From positions 114,658-178,657 of the forward strand of contig JBHIAE010000001.1 of NCBI GenBank assembly GCA_046758445.1: 64,000 nucleotides of DNA, read 5' to 3'. The DNA comes from Candidatus Thorarchaeota archaeon. Lineage in GTDB: Archaea; Asgardarchaeota; Thorarchaeia; Thorarchaeales; Thorarchaeaceae. Both the position numbers and the translations under genes were made by a program. The stretch's first letter is position 1, and each line of letters starts with the position of its first letter. Positions 58,299-64,000 of this stretch are shown one piece after another. The notes under the pieces are model-generated. The model saw nothing but the letters and a program-made list of their open reading frames with translations. It was not told the origin of the DNA and made no database searches.

Positions 58299-58787
58299 TC
58301 AAACCCGCTTCACTTAGAGAGGGTCGTTCCGGGTATTTCAGGATGTTGAATCGTTGAGCCTCTGGTGAACAGGAATTGGCGCCAAAGTTCAGAGGTTACT
58401 GTTTGGAACCGATGAGAATATGTATTACTTGGACAACGTCCTAGGCGGGACGCAGAATGAAATGCACGCGACTCTATACGAGGGCATATCTTCATAGGAC
58501 CAGGTGGAGGGACCGTGCGGAGCAGTCCTACGATCTATCAAAGGTCAAAGTTATTCTTCCGAGTCAAGTCAAGGAATAGCACTTTCTAGTGCTGAAGCTC
58601 TAGTTCTTCTAGAGGATTCGAGAATGCAGCTTGAACGGCATACTATTCCGGCTTTTGAAGCATTTTGAAGTGTCATAAAGCTTCTACAAGCAGAAGAAAG
58701 CCTATGATTGACATTTGCGGGAACTCTCCGGCATTCTTCTTCATGGTCATTATATATACTCAGGACAAGCTGCCCTTAGGTGGATGA

Positions 58788-60023
58788 ATGAAACGCCACA
58801 ATCTATTGAAATACGCTGCAATGTTCGCGTTCTTTGTCCTGCTTCTCTCACGAGTCGGTTTCGCCGTGGCGCTAGGTGATGGCATTACCCCGGCTGATGA
58901 CGATGGCACAACTGAGGATGAACATGATCTTGAGCACGAACCAGACCAACATACGGACGAGGACGGTAGCGTCTGGATACAGACTGACATCATGACCGTC
59001 AAGCTCGAAGACAATAGGCCGTCGTTCGAGTTCTGGTACACCACAAACACCAACGGAAGTGATGCCAAGTTTGAGGTCAGCTATCAACTCATCGTTGAGT
59101 TCGAAGACCAGAATGGAGACGGCGTCTATCAAGTCAATGAAACAATTGCATTTGTGCCCCTTGATGCATTCGAGTGGAGCATCTTGACCGGCACAGTGGT
59201 AGACAGTCATGGGTACAACAGTGAGGTCTATGCCTCATACACAAAGGGCGGTCTTAGTTCTGAGATTGATTGGGATGATGATTGGTTGCCGTGTTGTGAA
59301 GAGGAGGAGGCAAATCACAATCATCTAGGCGGACTAAACCTCACATTATACGAGGGGATGACAGTCCAGTTCTACTCCCATATCTACATGGATGACCACA
59401 ATGGGACTGTCACTGATGATGAGGGCGTGAAAGCCAGTTACACCATCATGGGAGGCGTTGAGCTCAAAGTTGACATCGAGATAGGGAACTTCCCCTTCGT
59501 TTCTGATACCTCCAAGATTGCGGTCCTAACTGAGCTTGAAGAAGACTTGGCAGAACACAGTGATGAAGAGAATCATTACTTCCGAATGCATGAGGATGAT
59601 GGTGATGAGGACCATGAGTCTGAGGAGGTGATGGAACATGTCGGCGAAGAGTTCGATGACAGGGACGGCGACAACGATGGATATGACGATGATGTCCAAG
59701 GGCTCTCTTTGGTCTATGCCTCGACCGATACAACCAGAGGCTTCTACCGATGGCTGGACAAAGCGGTAGTCAGCTTTCCCAATGGGACTGACCTAGCTGT
59801 GGATGTTGGCGCTTCCTACTGGACAGATGGTGAACATTTGTTTCTGTTTCTGGCCTATCCAAACTTCGACGGCGGTTCAATCCTTCATGACCCATCAATG
59901 GGCGTCATCGAGGGAGCAGGGCCATCTGGATGGCTACTGCCGATTGATGGAACCACTATTGTAATCATGGCTGTGGTTCTATTCGCAGCTGTGGGGCTGG
60001 TCATCAGAATAAGGCGCGGTTGA
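58788..60023 (+). CDS. Secreted, C-terminally anchored acidic/His-rich protein
   Basis: Signal peptide, D/E/H-rich segments, FLAYPNFDGGSILHDPSMG, and a C-terminal TM with basic tail. TATA TTATATAT at ~58751. Confidence 0.8.
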   Translation: MKRHNLLKYAAMFAFFVLLLSRVGFAVALGDGITPADDDGTTEDEHDLEHEPDQHTDEDGSVWIQTDIMTVKLEDNRPSFEFWYTTNTNGSDAKFEVSYQLIVEFEDQNGDGVYQVNETIAFVPLDAFEWSILTGTVVDSHGYNSEVYASYTKGGLSSEIDWDDDWLPCCEEEEANHNHLGGLNLTLYEGMTVQFYSHIYMDDHNGTVTDDEGVKASYTIMGGVELKVDIEIGNFPFVSDTSKIAVLTELEEDLAEHSDEENHYFRMHEDDGDEDHESEEVMEHVGEEFDDRDGDNDGYDDDVQGLSLVYASTDTTRGFYRWLDKAVVSFPNGTDLAVDVGASYWTDGEHLFLFLAYPNFDGGSILHDPSMGVIEGAGPSGWLLPIDGTTIVIMAVVLFAAVGLVIRIRRG

Positions 60024-60030
60024 GCAGATC

Positions 60031-60066
60031 TGGAGAGAGGTGACTCTCTCCACCCCTTCCTTTTTT
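60031..60066 (+). terminator. Hairpin plus pyrimidine/T tract
   Basis: TGGAGAGAG-GTGA-CTCTCTCCA followed by CCCCTTCCTTTTTT, 8 bp after the stop at 60023. Confidence 0.55.
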
Positions 60067-60126
60067 CGAGATGCAATAGACTTATGGAAATATATGATGG
60101 ATTCCAAGATGGTTGGAATGCTAAAG

Positions 60127-61134
60127 ATGGGGCCTAAGAGAACAAGGACTATCATCATTGTCACAGGACTGGCTCTTCCTGCCATACTACTTGGGTTCGC
60201 AATCCCTGTACAAGGCCAGCCTGTATCACAGCAGTTGACACTTAGGAACATGAGAATTGAGGCACAATTGGGCCTCAACGGTACAACGTACATCTCGGTA
60301 GAAACCGAGGTCTTCAACAACGGTTCCGTACCTCTGGACTACTTCGATCTGAGAATAGATATTCGGAGTATGGGAATCTTAGAGAGCCTGCTGGATAGTA
60401 ACAATGTCGATACAACATTAGTTGAGGAAGATAGATACACTCTACTTAGAGTATTCACTGCTTCGCCACTTTTGCCAAACGAGTCAATCCGCTTGAGCGT
60501 CAGTACTGTCACGGACACACTCCAACAAAGGGCAGGGGAGATTATGACCGAACCAGAGTACGTGGACCATTTCATCTACTACCTTCGCCCTCTCAATGAG
60601 ATTCACAATCTTACGTTCACAGCCTTGCTACCACCGCATGCTACGCTAGAAGAAGGCGCCGCAGCCCCACTCTTCCCTCTCCCAAATCGCAATTATACAG
60701 ATGGCATACGACTTGCTTTCGCGTGGGAAACAGAGGTTCTCTATCCTGGTCAGGAGCTGGCATTCATTGTCAAATACCAAGCTCCAATAGGCCTAATTCA
60801 GACACAGATTGCTGATGGCAGTTTGCCAATCTTCATGGCCGCTGCCGCAGTTGCAGGTGCTCTCATCGTACTTACACTTGAGAGATTGCCAAGTGTTGTG
60901 CAGTCATTCAGAAGCAGAACAGGACGGACAGTCAGAGTGGTGTCCAGCCAGGAGCAGCACGTACTATCCCTCCTAGACCGAAAAGGAGGGTCTTGTCTGC
61001 AGAGAGAGGTCTACGAAGAACTAGACATGTCTCAATCAATGGCAAGCATGCTACTCAACTCCTTGGAAGAGCGAGGTCTGATTAAGAGATTCAGAGAAGG
61101 CCGAGAGAACGTAGTTCACAAGATTGATGATTGA
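60127..61134 (+). CDS. Membrane-spanning regulator: extracellular beta domain, TM, cytoplasmic winged HTH
   Basis: Signal/TM N-terminus, second TM near the C-terminus, and QEQHVLSLL..GG..LQ.E......SQS.AS.LL.SLEERGLI. Start uncertain (60040-60127). Confidence 0.78.
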   Translation: MGPKRTRTIIIVTGLALPAILLGFAIPVQGQPVSQQLTLRNMRIEAQLGLNGTTYISVETEVFNNGSVPLDYFDLRIDIRSMGILESLLDSNNVDTTLVEEDRYTLLRVFTASPLLPNESIRLSVSTVTDTLQQRAGEIMTEPEYVDHFIYYLRPLNEIHNLTFTALLPPHATLEEGAAAPLFPLPNRNYTDGIRLAFAWETEVLYPGQELAFIVKYQAPIGLIQTQIADGSLPIFMAAAAVAGALIVLTLERLPSVVQSFRSRTGRTVRVVSSQEQHVLSLLDRKGGSCLQREVYEELDMSQSMASMLLNSLEERGLIKRFREGRENVVHKIDD

Positions 61135-61186
61135 GCCAGACCTCAGTTCCACTTCGTTTCTTGAGGTCGAGGATGGCTCCCAATGA

Positions 61187-62134
61187 CTACTCAGAAACTA
61201 CTGCATCATCCGCTCTCTTTATCTCGATGCCGAGTCGCTCCCAATTTGGCTCGTTCTTCCGCATCTGATACTGTAAGTGAGTCGTCAGACCAAACTCATC
61301 AGGCTCGTGGCCAAACGCCAGAGCAAGCAACTCAACAACATGCATTATGTCGTAGTGGTACTCAGTTTCAAAGTGCTTCTGGATCTCCACTTGTCCAAGA
61401 TCTAGCTGAAGCTCACAGAACGGGCAGGGGGTCACAATAATGTCTGCTCCGCCAGCCGCCTCAAGACTGTCAAACTTCTGTCTTGTGAAGTCGAGTGCTG
61501 TCTTCACGTCTGCTGTCCTAACCGCTCCACCAGCACCACAGCAGATCAACTCATCCTTGTACGAAACATACTCTGCTCCTGCAGCTTCGCAGATGTCCCT
61601 GAAGATGTGTGGCCTCTCTGAGTCATCCTTCTTCTTGATGTTCTTTGGACGCATCCAGTGGCAACCAGGATGAATTGCCATACGTACTCCAGTGAAAGGA
61701 CGTGTGACTCGTTCTCTGATGGCATCAAGGCCGGCGTAGGAGTACAGCGCATCAACATAGTGAGTCACTTCAATTGTGCCCTTGAATTCGCGACCAATCT
61801 CCGCGAGGCTCTCGTTGACCGCTTTTCTGAGTTCCTCATCATGTTTCAGCTCATGATTGGCATCCCATAGACTGGCGAAGCAACCATTGCATCCAGTTGT
61901 AACGTTGGCGTTGGCTTGTTCTGCTATTGTCACGTTCCTCGCAGCGATGCTTGCCCAAGTCACTCTATCGAAGGAGCCAAAGACACCCGGAGCCGGACAA
62001 CAGGTAGCACCTTCCATGTCAAGGAGTTCCATTCCCAAGTCCTCAAACACGATCTCGGCGGCCTTCTGAATGCTAGGGTATCTATGAGGTATTATGCAAC
62101 CAAGGAAATGCATGAAGCGATGTTTCTTTGCCAA
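61187..62134 (-). CDS. hdrB: Heterodisulfide reductase subunit B
   Basis: FLGCIIP.RYP, TCCPAPGVFGSFD, CNGC, HPGCH, CCGAGG and PCPFC. Confidence 0.95.
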   Translation of the reverse strand: MAKKHRFMHFLGCIIPHRYPSIQKAAEIVFEDLGMELLDMEGATCCPAPGVFGSFDRVTWASIAARNVTIAEQANANVTTGCNGCFASLWDANHELKHDEELRKAVNESLAEIGREFKGTIEVTHYVDALYSYAGLDAIRERVTRPFTGVRMAIHPGCHWMRPKNIKKKDDSERPHIFRDICEAAGAEYVSYKDELICCGAGGAVRTADVKTALDFTRQKFDSLEAAGGADIIVTPCPFCELQLDLGQVEIQKHFETEYHYDIMHVVELLALAFGHEPDEFGLTTHLQYQMRKNEPNWERLGIEIKRADDAVVSE

Positions 62135-62140
62135 CTCAAC

Positions 62141-62692
62141 TCACTCCTCCTTGTCAGCGACCAGCTTGTCGAATCCGGTCTTCTTGGCAATCTTCTGGAT
62201 GTCCTTTATCGCCTCAGGGTGACTACTCGCATTTGGCGGAATTGGCGGAAGACCTACCTTCTCACGCAGCTTCTCCCACGATTCCTTGTCAAGAGGGACT
62301 GCATGTCCAGCCTCGAGAACTTTCTGTGCCACCTTCTGGTGTGGCTCAAGCATATAGCCCTCGGCAACAGCCACGTTTCTTATTGCCTTGATAACATCAG
62401 TAGGCTTGACGTCTTGTGGACAGCGGTCTGTGCAGGTGTAACAGGTCGTGCAATACCAGAGTTCCTGTCCGGAGATGACGTCTTTCTTCAGACCTAGCAG
62501 GGCCTTCCTGATTATCCCTCTCACCAGATAGTTTGTACGGGCGCCTGCCGGACAGCTGCCACTGCAGGTTCCGCACTGATAGCAGCTCTGGATATTTGGT
62601 CCGCCAGTGCTCTTTATCATGTCGACAAACTCAGTATCGACCTCATCGATAATGTGGACATCTGGTTGTTCTGCACTGGTCAAGGTAGGCAC
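62141..62692 (-). CDS. hdrC: Heterodisulfide reductase subunit C
   Basis: CYQCGTCSGSCP and WYCTTCYTCTDRCPQ. Confidence 0.94.
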   Translation of the reverse strand: MPTLTSAEQPDVHIIDEVDTEFVDMIKSTGGPNIQSCYQCGTCSGSCPAGARTNYLVRGIIRKALLGLKKDVISGQELWYCTTCYTCTDRCPQDVKPTDVIKAIRNVAVAEGYMLEPHQKVAQKVLEAGHAVPLDKESWEKLREKVGLPPIPPNASSHPEAIKDIQKIAKKTGFDKLVADKEE

Positions 62693-62790
62693 CGACTCTC
62701 GCCGTGCTTGGATTTCAACCTTAAATCCATTGTCAATGCGTCATTTCTCAGAAACCAAAGACTCATCCGAATGAGTGTCAAATTGACCTC

Positions 62791-63876
62791 ATGCTTTGCC
62801 CAGGACATTCGGACGGCAGGAGGATAGCCTCCAAATCCATTGGGCTCTGTCCAGAGTGCCTCGGTACCAGCAAATCAGCACTCGATGTTGTATCGAAACA
62901 ACATGAGAAACTGAGAGCAAAGGAAGGTCTGGTGTCGGCCATTCCGAGGAACGGCACAGTCGTGTGTGCAGACTGCGGGAATCATTGCAGAATCGATGAG
63001 GGACAATTTGGCTTCTGCAATCTGAGGAAGGTGGAACAGGACAGAATCGTTCATCGATTCCAGGGCAAAGCCATCGTGTCTTGGTATTTCGACCCGCTCC
63101 CCACCAACTGTGTTGCTGACTGGGTCTGTCCTGTGACAAAGGCAGATCCCCCGTCATTTTCCTACTCTCGTAGACTGAACAACTTGGCCGTCTTCTACGG
63201 CTCCTGTAACTCAGACTGCCTGTTCTGTCAGAATGGAAGCTTCAGAGCGATGATGGCTAGTGGAAGACCATTGATGAGCCCGAAAGAACTGGCTTCAGCT
63301 GCGAATGATAGGACAGTATGCGTATGTTACTTCGGCGGAGATCCCGCTTGCAACCCAATCCACTCTCTTGAGACATCCAAGCTGCTCAACATAGAAAGAC
63401 AGGTCAGGGTCTGCTATGAAACCAACGGGAATATCTCGCGGAAGTGGCTTACGCCAATAGCAGACATTGTGAGAGAAACGGGTGGAACTATCAAGTTTGA
63501 TCTAAAGGCGGTGACCCCCTGGTTGTACACGGCCCTCACAGGCATGTCTAATGTGGCTCCGTTGAACAACTTTCGTCGCCTAGCCAAGGAAGGCCATGAC
63601 AGAGATGGTGAGTTTCTCGTGGCGAGCATCTTGTTGGTGCCCGGCTATGTTGATGTGAGGGAAGTGAAACGTCTCTGTGACTTCATTGCCGAATGTGACC
63701 CAACGATACCAACGGCACTGTTGGGTTTCAGTCCCCATCATGCTTTGTCTGACCTACCGCGCACCAGCAAAGCTCATGCAGAGGCCTCAAGAGAGACTGC
63801 CAGTGAATCAGGGTTGACAGATGTCAGAATCGGCAACATGGGACTATTATCTAATACTGACTACGCCTTCGATTAG
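62791..63876 (+). CDS. Radical SAM protein (PflA/AmmeMemo-like activase family)
   Basis: CADCGNHC, YFDPLPTNC, CNSDCLFCQN, YFGGDP and ETNG. Confidence 0.85.
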   Translation: MLCPGHSDGRRIASKSIGLCPECLGTSKSALDVVSKQHEKLRAKEGLVSAIPRNGTVVCADCGNHCRIDEGQFGFCNLRKVEQDRIVHRFQGKAIVSWYFDPLPTNCVADWVCPVTKADPPSFSYSRRLNNLAVFYGSCNSDCLFCQNGSFRAMMASGRPLMSPKELASAANDRTVCVCYFGGDPACNPIHSLETSKLLNIERQVRVCYETNGNISRKWLTPIADIVRETGGTIKFDLKAVTPWLYTALTGMSNVAPLNNFRRLAKEGHDRDGEFLVASILLVPGYVDVREVKRLCDFIAECDPTIPTALLGFSPHHALSDLPRTSKAHAEASRETASESGLTDVRIGNMGLLSNTDYAFD

Positions 63877-64000
63877 TGACTTCATTATGCGGTGTCAGGC
63901 GCGACCTCAAACTAACGCTTATATCCCTCAAAACGGGTTTCCATGTGTTGCCCGAAGCATCCAGAGATGATTTCATGGAGGACCCCACCACTTGGGAAAC

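Overview
Archaeal chromosomal window. The gene content (exosome/proteasome superoperon, KEOPS subunits, several Hdr complexes, hut genes, many TTG/GTG starts) suggests an Asgard archaeon, probably Thorarchaeia; this taxonomy is inference. Layout: tRNA-modification genes (sua5, THUMP, cgi121); histidine utilisation (hutI, hutH, hutU); a ~12 kb accessory, partly decayed island (giant acidic/multi-HTH/LAGLIDADG protein, membrane HerA/VirB4-like ATPase, small paralogous ORFs, HNH nuclease); a TetR-controlled radical SAM pair; ECF transporter; prefoldin-exosome-proteasome superoperon; a kinase/aldolase/AOR catabolic operon; ABC exporter; two tandem-domain HdrA genes with two HdrBC pairs; and a methyltransferase/HgcA-like/ferredoxin operon. 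The main finding is in hutU. The apparent frameshift is a 32-nt insert (8522-8553) that folds with its flanking exons into a bulge-helix-bulge (BHB) motif. Cutting at the canonical tRNA-splicing-endonuclease positions restores the frame and gives a 671-aa urocanase. This is a candidate mRNA intron in a metabolic gene. No tRNA, rRNA or CRISPR array was recognised.
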